Shown here: positions 37,899 to 46,949 of the stretch, in pieces
Position numbering within the stretch: position 1 is the first letter of the stretch
Layout of the letters: each line of letters opens with the position of its first letter
Assembly (NCBI GenBank): GCA_964506745.1
Contig: CAZDLZ010000004.1
Coordinates: 20,541-84,540, forward strand
Source of the DNA: an uncultured Methanotrichaceae archaeon
GTDB taxonomy: Archaea; Halobacteriota; Methanosarcinia; Methanotrichales; Methanotrichaceae
DNA length: 64,000 nucleotides
Reading direction: 5' to 3'
Translations under genes and position numbers: made by a program
Notes under the pieces: model-generated
Seen by the model: the letters and a program-made list of their open reading frames with translations, nothing else
Told to the model about the DNA's origin: nothing
Database searches by the model: none

Positions 37899-39089
37899 GT
37901 GATATCTGACAGGTATCCGCACGCCAAAGATCTGATAAGCTCATCCTTCGTCAAGAATCAGATAGAATACCTGAAAGATTATGTGAAAAAAGTATATGTC
38001 ATAGCTCTCTACCCGTTCGTGCCAAAGTTTTTATCGCATTTCGACTTCATGGATAGCAAAGGGCGATGGGATGGATATGCAGAGGACTACAAGTATGATA
38101 ATGTAGAAGTGTATTTCGCCAAGCCCTGGGCGCTACCTATCGAATTTTCCAGAAAGCGAAGAGGAGACGATGGATTAAGAAGTGCGAAAAAGGTGATAGA
38201 GAAAAACAAATTAGATTTCGATCTGATCCATGCCCATTTCACCTTTCCACCAGGATATGTGGGAGCAAAACTCAAGGAGTCCTCGGGGAAGGGATTGATC
38301 CTGACGGTCCACGAGGATAGAGACTGGTTTCAAAGGGAGATCAAATCCGGAGATGAGAGGTTTCTTTATGCCTGGAGAAATGCGGATAGGATAATCAGAG
38401 TCAACCGGGCAGATCTATCCGAGTTTAATAAGATAAGTCTAGACAATTCGAAGCTGGTCAATATTCCCAATGGCTTTTCTGCAAAGCAGTTTGCGCCGAT
38501 GGATAAAATCATGGCAAAGCGACAGCTGAATATACCTCAAGATAAGCCCGTGCTTCTCAATGTAGCCGCCTTGGAGGCCTATAAAGGGCAAGAGTTTCTA
38601 GTCCGTGCCATGAAGATGGTGGCTGCATTCAAGAGGGATGTTCTTCTCTACATTGTCGGCAAGGGCTCTTTGGAGAAGGACCTTCGAAGCCTGATAGAGG
38701 AGCTTGATCTTTCAGATAACATAGTTCTTGCTGGCGGCAATAAATCTGAGATGGAGATCAGGCTCTGGATGAATAGTGCCGATATTTTCGTTTTGCCCAG
38801 CTTGAGCGAAAGCTTCGGAATAGTCCAGATCGAAGCAATGGCCTGCGGTGTGCCTGTGGTTGCGACCTGTAACGGAGGCAGCGAAGGGATCATCACCGAC
38901 AAGATGCTTGGCATCCTCGTAGAGCCAAGAGACGTAAATGGCCTTGCAGTGGCTCTGATTGAAGCGTTGGGCATTGAATGGGACAGTAAGTATCTTAAAA
39001 AATATGCACAGCAATTCACCTGGGATAAAATCGTCCAAGAGACTGCCAATATTTATGAGGACGTTCTCTCCCGGCAATTGGATGCATAA
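37899..39089 (+). CDS. GT4 glycosyltransferase
   Basis: ESFGIVQIEAMACGVPVV (EX7E motif). GTG start as in the track, so the start is uncertain. Confidence 0.8.
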   Translation: MISDRYPHAKDLISSSFVKNQIEYLKDYVKKVYVIALYPFVPKFLSHFDFMDSKGRWDGYAEDYKYDNVEVYFAKPWALPIEFSRKRRGDDGLRSAKKVIEKNKLDFDLIHAHFTFPPGYVGAKLKESSGKGLILTVHEDRDWFQREIKSGDERFLYAWRNADRIIRVNRADLSEFNKISLDNSKLVNIPNGFSAKQFAPMDKIMAKRQLNIPQDKPVLLNVAALEAYKGQEFLVRAMKMVAAFKRDVLLYIVGKGSLEKDLRSLIEELDLSDNIVLAGGNKSEMEIRLWMNSADIFVLPSLSESFGIVQIEAMACGVPVVATCNGGSEGIITDKMLGILVEPRDVNGLAVALIEALGIEWDSKYLKKYAQQFTWDKIVQETANIYEDVLSRQLDA

Positions 39090-39125
39090 GGAAATGGAAT
39101 AACGGATGTGGAGCGGAGATGACTG

Positions 39126-40622
39126 ATGGTCAGGAGAACAGGCTTTAAAAAAGAAGAATTGGAGAGATGCCTGAGTAGCCCAATTATGAAAAAGGTGCTT
39201 CGGGGAAGCACAGGATCTTTTTCGATCAGATATCTATTTATTAATGAATATATCAACTATATCAACCAGCAACAGTCCAACTCGAAATACATGCCTGTGA
39301 TCAATCCGCCTGGCAGCTTCAATCCCGGCAGCCTTGCCACTCTTGCCAAACGAATTATTGGCCGGAAAAGATGCGAACCAGTAGATATTCTTTTCATCTC
39401 CCGGAATCGGCAGGTAAAGGTGAAGGTTGGATCGCGCTACGTGGTCGGAGACTACATCTTCTATAGCATTATTGACGAGATCACGAGAAGATATCCTGAA
39501 TATAAAATTCATCTGCTTATCCTGGATTACAGCTATAACAAATATATGTATTTAACTATAAAAAGTTTTTTGGAAGCCTCATATATATCGCTGAGATCAT
39601 TCGCAGAATGGAGCTTCTACAAAGGTCGCCTTCTTGCCGATCAAGAATGCTATGACTGCGGCTATCTCGCATCCTATTTCTTTCATCCCCGCATATTCCT
39701 CAGGAATGCCCTCCTGGGCTACAGCCTGAATAAGATGATTGAATTGCTTCATCCAAAGGTGATAGTGGCAAACGATGACTGCATATATACCAGGCCTTTG
39801 GGCACCGATGCCAAAACGATAGTGCTGCAATCTGCAAGGATGTCGGAGTATTTAGAAAGATGCCGGAAATATATCTTTCATGACCCCGAGATTAAGCCAG
39901 ATTATTTCTTGACATCAGGCACGAGCTTCTCCAGGATCAAAGAGGAGGTCCAGGCAGCGAAAAGAGTGGTGACAACAGGCCTTCCGAGATACGATGTGCT
40001 TTTTTATGCATCTGAGAGCTATTCAAAGCCAGAATTTTTTCAAAGATATAACATAAATCCAAATCATAGGATTGTATATTGGTCCACGCAGTGCCATGTA
40101 CTGAGCGATGAGGAGAATTCCGCCAATTTCCAAGAGGTCTTTGGCGCCATGAAGCAGTTAAAAAATGTAACTTTAGTCATTAAGCAGCATCCTGCTGAGG
40201 ATGAAAGCCATACGCAGGCGATCAGAACGCATATGGACGACTTTGATATAAATGCCATAATAGCTCCCAGGGATTCCGACACATATGAACAGCTCTTTAT
40301 CTGCGATTTGCTGATAACCAAAGCATCTACCACTGCTATGGAAGCAGTTGCCCTGAAAAAGCCGGTCATAATTTTGAACCTCAGTGGCGAGCCGGATTCT
40401 GTAGAATATGTCCGGGAAGGAGTGGCCCGTGGTGTCTATGAAGCGGGCAGGCTTCTGTTCGCAATAGAGCAGCTTCTCCGGAGCGATTCTGATCTAGCTG
40501 CCCATAGAGATGGCTATATCGAAAGATATCTGTATAAAGTTGATGGCAAAGCCACCGAGAGGGTGGTGGAGATAATAACACGCCTTCTGAGCAATGCCTC
40601 GCCGTACGATGATGCAAAGTGA
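39126..40622 (+). CDS. hypothetical protein with GT-B/capsule-synthesis-like C-terminal domain
   Basis: VIKQHPAEDE...LLITKASTTAMEAVALKKPVIILN resembles the C-terminal Rossmann half of TagF/KpsS-type transferases. GGAG lies 7 nt upstream. Confidence 0.5.
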   Translation: MVRRTGFKKEELERCLSSPIMKKVLRGSTGSFSIRYLFINEYINYINQQQSNSKYMPVINPPGSFNPGSLATLAKRIIGRKRCEPVDILFISRNRQVKVKVGSRYVVGDYIFYSIIDEITRRYPEYKIHLLILDYSYNKYMYLTIKSFLEASYISLRSFAEWSFYKGRLLADQECYDCGYLASYFFHPRIFLRNALLGYSLNKMIELLHPKVIVANDDCIYTRPLGTDAKTIVLQSARMSEYLERCRKYIFHDPEIKPDYFLTSGTSFSRIKEEVQAAKRVVTTGLPRYDVLFYASESYSKPEFFQRYNINPNHRIVYWSTQCHVLSDEENSANFQEVFGAMKQLKNVTLVIKQHPAEDESHTQAIRTHMDDFDINAIIAPRDSDTYEQLFICDLLITKASTTAMEAVALKKPVIILNLSGEPDSVEYVREGVARGVYEAGRLLFAIEQLLRSDSDLAAHRDGYIERYLYKVDGKATERVVEIITRLLSNASPYDDAK

Positions 40623-40627
40623 CGATG

Positions 40628-41716
40628 CTAAGTGATGGATAGAGGGGGCAACTCTGCATGAGGTGTCAGCATATCCCATCTGAGAGGAGATCCTCTGGAA
40701 ATATCAAAGGCTGCATGTCTTCCCAATATATCCCTCAAATGCTTGGGGTGCAGACCGTAGCCCGGACGAATCGACCTCACATTCTCCGGAGTGAAAGCCT
40801 CTCCTTTTTTCACCTCCTTTACTACAAAGAGAGATCTTCTGAAGACCCTGCTCTCCGCTTCTTTTTCGCTCACTCCATAGCGCACCTTTCCCAGGGCCTT
40901 CTCAGCCATGCGTATGGCCCTGACCATAGAGCTAAACTCATGCGGCTCGAGGGAAAAGGCACTGTCCGGGCCGGGCTTGGATCGGGATAGGGTGAAATGC
41001 TTCTCGATTATGCATGCGCCCATACAGACTGCGGCCACGGGTACCTCTATCCCCAAGGTGTGGTCTGAGAGGCCCACAGGAACATCAAAGGCCTCCGCCA
41101 GGTGGGGAATAGTTCTCAGGTTCATCTCTTCAGCAGGGGCGGGATAGGCACTGGTGCATTTGAGAAGGGCAATCTGTTTTGCGCCTGCCTCTCGCGCCGC
41201 CTGCACCGCTTCCTCGATCTCTCCCAAAGTGGCCATGCCAGTGGATATGATCAGGGGCTTGCCGGTAGCTGCCATCTTCTTGATGAGGGGGATATCCACT
41301 ATCTCAAAGGAGGCAGTCTTATGCACGGGAACAGACAGCTCTTCCAGGAAATCCACGGCAGACGGATCGAAGGCGGTGGAAAATATATCCATCTTAAGCT
41401 TTCTCGCCTCTTCGAATAATCCGGCATGCCACTCCCAGGGGGTATAAGCCTCGCCATAGAGGTCATAAAGGAACTTGCCCTCCCACAAAGTGCCCTTGCC
41501 AATGAGGAAAAGCTCGCTTCTGCAGTCGATAGTTATGGTGTCGGGAGTGTAGGTCTGCAGCTTGACGGCGTCCGCGCCGGCTTCCTTGGCAGCGCGAATT
41601 AGCTTTACGGCCTCATCGTAACTTTGGTTATGATTGGCCGATAGCTCTGCAATAATGTAAACCGGTCGCACTTTGCTTATCTTTCTGCCTACTATATTTA
41701 TGAAAGACATCATCAT
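40628..41716 (-). CDS. pseI: nonulosonic acid synthase (NeuB family; pseudaminic acid synthase by context)
   Basis: IIAELSANHNQS motif and ~360 aa with a C-terminal SAF-like domain. Confidence 0.85.
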   Translation of the reverse strand: MMMSFINIVGRKISKVRPVYIIAELSANHNQSYDEAVKLIRAAKEAGADAVKLQTYTPDTITIDCRSELFLIGKGTLWEGKFLYDLYGEAYTPWEWHAGLFEEARKLKMDIFSTAFDPSAVDFLEELSVPVHKTASFEIVDIPLIKKMAATGKPLIISTGMATLGEIEEAVQAAREAGAKQIALLKCTSAYPAPAEEMNLRTIPHLAEAFDVPVGLSDHTLGIEVPVAAVCMGACIIEKHFTLSRSKPGPDSAFSLEPHEFSSMVRAIRMAEKALGKVRYGVSEKEAESRVFRRSLFVVKEVKKGEAFTPENVRSIRPGYGLHPKHLRDILGRHAAFDISRGSPLRWDMLTPHAELPPLSIT

Positions 41717-41729
41717 CGCCTGCCGCGTA

Positions 41730-43229
41730 TTAACTAACTAGATCAGCATTGATCATCAGATAATGTAGGGCCTCGTTTCCTCTCATGTTGCATGATCCTT
41801 TCATGGAAAATCCTGCCCTTGCGAAGGCTTTAGCTGATCGAAGGTTTTGCGGCTTTATAAATGCGCTTACCCTGGAAATGTTGCACCTTCGGAACAGCTC
41901 AGCTACAGTCCGGATGATAATAAAGACTGCCAGCCCTTGTCCCCGCATATTAGGATCAAGGTTTATGCTCATTATCGTCTCATCTCCGGCAAGATCAAAG
42001 CGAACCAGACCGAGAGAATTGCCTTTGTCATCCCTGCAAATCAGCAATAGGCAATCTGGATTCCGAAGTCTTTCCGAGAGCCAATTGCAGTGCGTATCCC
42101 ACTCGATGTGATCCTTATTGAATGAGGCGGCCCGTGTATCTGCATCGTTAGCCCATTCGTAAATCTGCCTGCAGTCACTCTCAACTGCCTTCTGGACCAA
42201 GATTATCCGTTCCAACATAGCCCCTATAACCCGGGTGGTTCCGCGCCCGTCCACGAGTTGCATGCCGATGCGAGACATGGCAGCCCTGGCGACCTGATTG
42301 TGCATCATTTCTAAAACCGTTTTTTTTATGCACGCATCAGTTAGCTCATGATGCCAGCCAAGGTTCAATGCCACCCCTTTTTCGGCGAGCTTCTCTGCAA
42401 CTCGCACTTGATTGTCTGCGATTATCGTAATCAAGCTGGGCAAGCCCATAAATGCCGTCTCATAAGAAGTGGTGCCCCCTGAGATAATTGCCATATCCGC
42501 CCATGCCATTAGCTCCGGCATATTTGCGGCATTTCTCACAAGCCGGATGGAAGATGGGGACTCTTTCGATGCCGCCTCCAATGCAGAGATATGAGAATTG
42601 CCGCCGCCTGCCACGACTTTCATTTCCACTTTGCGAGCGGTTAGTCCTTGCAGTGCCTCCAGGATCTTTAGAGTTACGTTTTCGGGATCGCTGCCGCCCA
42701 ATGATACCAGTATCTTGGCAGCGATCTCCGGGTTATTCCTCTGCCAGCCGCACCACTCCTTAAATTCATTGCGCAACAAAACAAAAAGAGAACCAAGCAA
42801 TAGCTCAGTCCTGGGATCTCGTTCTCTATAAAGCTCCTTTCGTGCGTATATATTTTGATTCAAGACCAGATCCGCACTGTAGCTTTTTGCGTGGCCGTAA
42901 TCGTCTATGAATAGAAGATGCAAATCTTCTTTCTTAAGCCGATCCTGATACTCAACACCAAAGTGATAACCGTCCACTACCACGAAGCAGACGTTCAGTG
43001 AGATTGCCAGATCGGCGGTTAGAGCCGCGTCCTTTTCACTACCAGGCTTTGCAGAGATTCGACTGACTGCAAAACCGTCTCCCTTCAGCCGACGCTCAAT
43101 ATCCGGCATCTCTCCGGCCATGGCAAAGATCGCGCATCCCCCTGCGTCCTTCCACGCCTGGGCCAGTGCCAGACAGCGCATGACATGGCCAGTTCCAATC
43201 TCCTGGCTGGCATCTGCCCGGATGAGCAA
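41730..43229 (-). CDS. pseG: PseG-like UDP-sugar hydrolase fused to a GNAT N-acetyltransferase (PseH-like)
   Basis: N-terminal MLIRADASQEIGTGHVMRCLALA (PseG type). The C-terminal ~160 aa is a GNAT fold (LGLVRFDL...MRGQGLA). Confidence 0.8.
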   Translation of the reverse strand: MLIRADASQEIGTGHVMRCLALAQAWKDAGGCAIFAMAGEMPDIERRLKGDGFAVSRISAKPGSEKDAALTADLAISLNVCFVVVDGYHFGVEYQDRLKKEDLHLLFIDDYGHAKSYSADLVLNQNIYARKELYRERDPRTELLLGSLFVLLRNEFKEWCGWQRNNPEIAAKILVSLGGSDPENVTLKILEALQGLTARKVEMKVVAGGGNSHISALEAASKESPSSIRLVRNAANMPELMAWADMAIISGGTTSYETAFMGLPSLITIIADNQVRVAEKLAEKGVALNLGWHHELTDACIKKTVLEMMHNQVARAAMSRIGMQLVDGRGTTRVIGAMLERIILVQKAVESDCRQIYEWANDADTRAASFNKDHIEWDTHCNWLSERLRNPDCLLLICRDDKGNSLGLVRFDLAGDETIMSINLDPNMRGQGLAVFIIIRTVAELFRRCNISRVSAFIKPQNLRSAKAFARAGFSMKGSCNMRGNEALHYLMINADLVS

Positions 43230-43242
43230 TGTCTGGACTATC

Positions 43243-43974
43243 TCAACACTCCTCCAGAGACTTTTGGCGTATGTGACGGTTTATCTCTGCTAGATTGGGA
43301 TCGTTTCTGAAAAGCTCCAGCACCTCCCACCAGGAGAAGAGGTCGTCTCTATCGATCTTCTCATAGATGGCTCGGACCAGTGCTAAGTCCTCTCTGGTAT
43401 CAACAGTCCAGCGATAGCAGCTCCAATCCTCATCCCCGCTTACCGAGAGTATTCTGAACTGGCCAGGATGCTGATATATGTACGGCGTTACGTGCGCATG
43501 CTGGAAATCCGCTGAGGCTTCACACCATGCTTTTTTCAGGGCATCAAAGGTGAAGACCTCTACATCCAGGCCGCGAGGATAGGTACTCTCCAAAGTATTG
43601 CTGGCATAGTTAGGGCTTTCATTCAAAAAGGCCTGCACTACGCGATCGATAATTTCGGGATCGATGAGCGGGCAGTCCGAGGTTATGCGCACAATATAGT
43701 CTGCAGAAAAAGCCATAGCCGCCTGATAATAGCGATCAAGAACATCATCTTCCGATCCCCGGAAGGAAGAGATGCCCAGCGAGTCACACTCAGAGACTAT
43801 TGCGTCATCGGCTTTTTCCTCGGTGGTTGCCACGACCAGCTCATCAATCAGAGCGGAGCGCCCAGCTCTGCGGACTACTCTGGCCAGCATAGTCCTGCCG
43901 TGAATGTCCAATAGAGCCTTTCCCGGCAGGCGAGAGCTGCCCATGCGGGCTTGTACTATGGCCACAATTTTCAT
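43243..43974 (-). CDS. pseF: cytidylyltransferase (PseF/SpsF-like CMP-nonulosonate synthetase)
   Basis: MKIVAIVQARMGSSRLPGKAL signature. Confidence 0.75.
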   Translation of the reverse strand: MKIVAIVQARMGSSRLPGKALLDIHGRTMLARVVRRAGRSALIDELVVATTEEKADDAIVSECDSLGISSFRGSEDDVLDRYYQAAMAFSADYIVRITSDCPLIDPEIIDRVVQAFLNESPNYASNTLESTYPRGLDVEVFTFDALKKAWCEASADFQHAHVTPYIYQHPGQFRILSVSGDEDWSCYRWTVDTREDLALVRAIYEKIDRDDLFSWWEVLELFRNDPNLAEINRHIRQKSLEEC

Positions 43975-43975
43975 A

Positions 43976-44662
43976 TCAGCGATTCTTTTTCAAGAGAAAC
44001 ATGGCATCCACATTTTCGTTACCAAAATATTTGATGTGCTCTTCCTTCACAATGGTCAGATCATCAAACAGATCAAGGTACTTTCCCGCAAAATCTGCCT
44101 TCCAGAGAAGATCTGTATTGCCCCGGTAAGGGATCTCTTGGGTCTCATCGGAATAACACTCAAAGCCAAAGATGTACTTTTTGGTGCACCTATGGATCTC
44201 TCTCATAACATCAGGCAAATTCTGAGGCGCAATGTGAATGAGGACACCAGAAGTGAAGACCATATCAAAAAAACCATCTTTGAAGGGTACATCGGATGCT
44301 TCCCCCTGAATGAGGTTTATATTTTTACTTTTAGATTTGGCGATCTCTACGGCATAGCTCTGCAATTCGATGCCATAAAGGCGCTCAAAACCCATTCCTT
44401 GCAGGCAGAGGAGCTGGTTGCCTACATTTGAGCCAACCTCCAAAATCCTCATGGAACGATCAAGGTCATCCAGGAATCTCCTGTTCAGCTCCGTCCTGGG
44501 TAATCCATAATTTCTGACGTAAAGCTCCTCCATCTCATCGAGTGACTGAGGATTTCGTTCAATGTACTCACGACTAAAGGCTCCGCTCCACTTTGAAGCC
44601 TGCTCGGTTAGATCATTCATCTCTCTCGCCTGCCTTTGTATGGGAGAGGTTTGGCCGCTCAA
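43976..44662 (-). CDS. class I SAM methyltransferase of the pseudaminic-acid-biosynthesis-associated type
   Basis: ILEVGSNVGNQL SAM motif. Embedded between pseC and pseF, with a 4-nt overlap to pseC. Confidence 0.65.
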   Translation of the reverse strand: MSGQTSPIQRQAREMNDLTEQASKWSGAFSREYIERNPQSLDEMEELYVRNYGLPRTELNRRFLDDLDRSMRILEVGSNVGNQLLCLQGMGFERLYGIELQSYAVEIAKSKSKNINLIQGEASDVPFKDGFFDMVFTSGVLIHIAPQNLPDVMREIHRCTKKYIFGFECYSDETQEIPYRGNTDLLWKADFAGKYLDLFDDLTIVKEEHIKYFGNENVDAMFLLKKNR

Positions 44663-45867
44663 ACTGCATAATGCCCAAACACCTTCTCCATCGCATCCAT
44701 TACATTTTCTACATCCGGATCAGTCATGCCATGAAACATAGGCAGAGATATAAGGCTCTCATAAGCTGCCTCTGCGACAGGATACTCGCCGCCGCGATAG
44801 CCAAAGCGTTGACGGTAAAAGGGATGGGTATGAACAGGGATATAGTGGACGTTTACGCCTATGTTCTCCGCCCGCAGAGCGGCAAAGATCTCTGCCCGTC
44901 CGGCACGAAAAGATGAGAGGCTAAACCGGATCGGATACAAATGCCAGGCCGGAAGAGCCTCTTTTCTTACAGCGGGCAATATAATCCCAGGGAGGTTCTT
45001 TAGTGCTGCATTGTAGCGCGCCGCTATCTCACGCCTGCGAGCCAGGTTCTGATCAAGCCTTGAGAGCTGCGACAGACCCAGGGCGCAACCGATATCTGTA
45101 AGACGATAATTGTAGCCCAGGTTCACCATCTCATAATACCACTGCCCTCTTGCCTGGCGCTGCCGGGCATCGCCTTCTATCCCGTGATTGCGAAAAAGCC
45201 GCAACTTTGCCGCCACTTCTTCATCGTCGGTAGTAACCATGCCGCCTTCCCCGGTGGTGATGTGCTTGACGGGATGAAAGCTGAAGACGGTCATATCACA
45301 AATCCCGCCCACCTGTCTATCCTTATACCTGGCACCTAGAGCATGGCAGGCATCTTCGATTACTATGAGGTTCTTCTCTTCTGCAAGCTCCCGAATTGGG
45401 TCGAGGTCCGCCGGATGGCCGGCATAATCCACAGGGATGATGGCCTTCGTTTTTTCCGTTATGCGGCTTGCTACTTCTTCTGGATTGATGTTCAAGGTAT
45501 CGGCGGTTACATCGGCAAAGAAGGGAGTTGCTCCCTGGTAGAGAACGCAATTGGCTGTAGCGCAAAAGGTCATGGGCGTGGTGATGGCCTCGTCGCCCGG
45601 CTTAAGGCCTGCGGCATAGGCTGCACCATGCAGAGCGGCAGTGCCGGAGCTAAAGGCTACAGCATGCTTTGCGCCTGCACGACCTGCAAAGGCTTCCTCA
45701 AATTCGGTGACCTTGGGTCCGGTGGTGATCCAATCGGATTGAAGAACTTGAACCACTGCCTGGATGTCATCTTCATCGATGCTCTGATGACCATAGGGCA
45801 GAAGAGTCTGGCGCACCGGCCTTCCGCCCTCAATCGCTATCTTTTGTCTACTCCTTGCCCTCGCCAA
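44659..45867 (-). CDS. pseC: DegT-family aminotransferase (PseC-like)
   Basis: LPYGHQSIDEDD start region and FSFHPVKHITTGEGG PLP-lysine. Overlaps the pseB stop by 20 nt. Confidence 0.85.
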   Translation of the reverse strand: MARARSRQKIAIEGGRPVRQTLLPYGHQSIDEDDIQAVVQVLQSDWITTGPKVTEFEEAFAGRAGAKHAVAFSSGTAALHGAAYAAGLKPGDEAITTPMTFCATANCVLYQGATPFFADVTADTLNINPEEVASRITEKTKAIIPVDYAGHPADLDPIRELAEEKNLIVIEDACHALGARYKDRQVGGICDMTVFSFHPVKHITTGEGGMVTTDDEEVAAKLRLFRNHGIEGDARQRQARGQWYYEMVNLGYNYRLTDIGCALGLSQLSRLDQNLARRREIAARYNAALKNLPGIILPAVRKEALPAWHLYPIRFSLSSFRAGRAEIFAALRAENIGVNVHYIPVHTHPFYRQRFGYRGGEYPVAEAAYESLISLPMFHGMTDPDVENVMDAMEKVFGHYAV

Positions 45868-46828
45868 GCCGTCTCAACTCCTCCACGGATAGCCACTCTT
45901 GGTTGGTGTCGCTAGAGTAGCTTGAGCCTTCTTCCATCCTCTTGGTGCCAGCCCAGTTCTCCACCTTCCACCAGGAATGAGTGGGCATGATGACATACTT
46001 ATCATCCAGCACCACAGCCTGGCGAGCCTCATCTTCAGAAACAAGAACCTCATGCAGCTTCTCGCCCCCTCTTATGCCGATGTAATTTACAGCACATCCA
46101 GGTGCTATCGCTTCCGTCAGATCCATGATCTTGGAGCTGGGGATCTTGGGCACGAATATCTCGCCGCCGTGCATCTCTTCTGTGCAATGCATTACGAATT
46201 TGACGCCTTGATTGAGGGTAATCCAGAATCGGGTCATACGAGGATCAGTTACGGTGACCGTTCCACACTCACGCTGCTTCTTGAACAGGGGCATGACGCT
46301 GCCCCGGCTGCCAACGACATTTCCATAACGGCATACAGAGAACTTCGTTCCCCCCACACCCGAATAGGCATTAGCCTGCACGAACATCTTCTCTGCGCAA
46401 AGCTTGGTCGCACCATAGAGATTGATGGGGTTGACGGCTTTATCCGTGCTTATGGCCATGACCTTCTCTACGCCGCGATCAATGGCGGCATCAATCACAT
46501 TCTTGGCACCGATGATATTGGTCTGGACTGCTTCAAAGGGATTATATTCGCAGGCAGGTACTTGCTTAAGAGCGGCAGCGTGTATTACTACATCAACCTT
46601 ATTGAAAGCTCTGTAAAGGCGCTCCTTATCCCTTACGTCGCCAATGAAGTAACGCACCGGTGAGTCGCCCGTATCAGGAAATATCTGGCGCATGTCGTGC
46701 TGTTTTAGCTCGCCTCTGCTGAAGATTACCAGCCTCTTGGGGCTGTAATCGCGAAGCATTATCTCTGTGAACCTCTTGCCGAAAGAGCCTGTTCCGCCAG
46801 TGACCAGGATATTTAGATCGTCGAACAT
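45848..46828 (-). CDS. pseB: UDP-N-acetylglucosamine 4,6-dehydratase (inverting; PseB/FlaA1-like)
   Basis: MFDDLNILVTGGTGSFGKRF start at ATG 46828, ~326 aa short CapD-type SDR. Confidence 0.85.
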   Translation of the reverse strand: MFDDLNILVTGGTGSFGKRFTEIMLRDYSPKRLVIFSRGELKQHDMRQIFPDTGDSPVRYFIGDVRDKERLYRAFNKVDVVIHAAALKQVPACEYNPFEAVQTNIIGAKNVIDAAIDRGVEKVMAISTDKAVNPINLYGATKLCAEKMFVQANAYSGVGGTKFSVCRYGNVVGSRGSVMPLFKKQRECGTVTVTDPRMTRFWITLNQGVKFVMHCTEEMHGGEIFVPKIPSSKIMDLTEAIAPGCAVNYIGIRGGEKLHEVLVSEDEARQAVVLDDKYVIMPTHSWWKVENWAGTKRMEEGSSYSSDTNQEWLSVEELRRLGEGKE

Positions 46829-46846
46829 TGTATTCCCTTTGGATTG

Positions 46847-46872
46847 ATTGCAGCACATAATTGCAGCACATA
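46847..46872. repeat. perfect tandem duplication of a 13-mer immediately upstream of pseB
   Basis: ATTGCAGCACATA at 46847-46859 and again at 46860-46872. A TATA-like TTTAAAT (minus strand, ~46903-46909) lies further upstream. Confidence 0.9.
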
Positions 46873-46949
46873 TGTACTGAGAACGTTCTATACGCGACCA
46901 GGATTTAAAGTCTTCTCGGTCGTTGGTTCAATATGGAGATCAAGCCATT

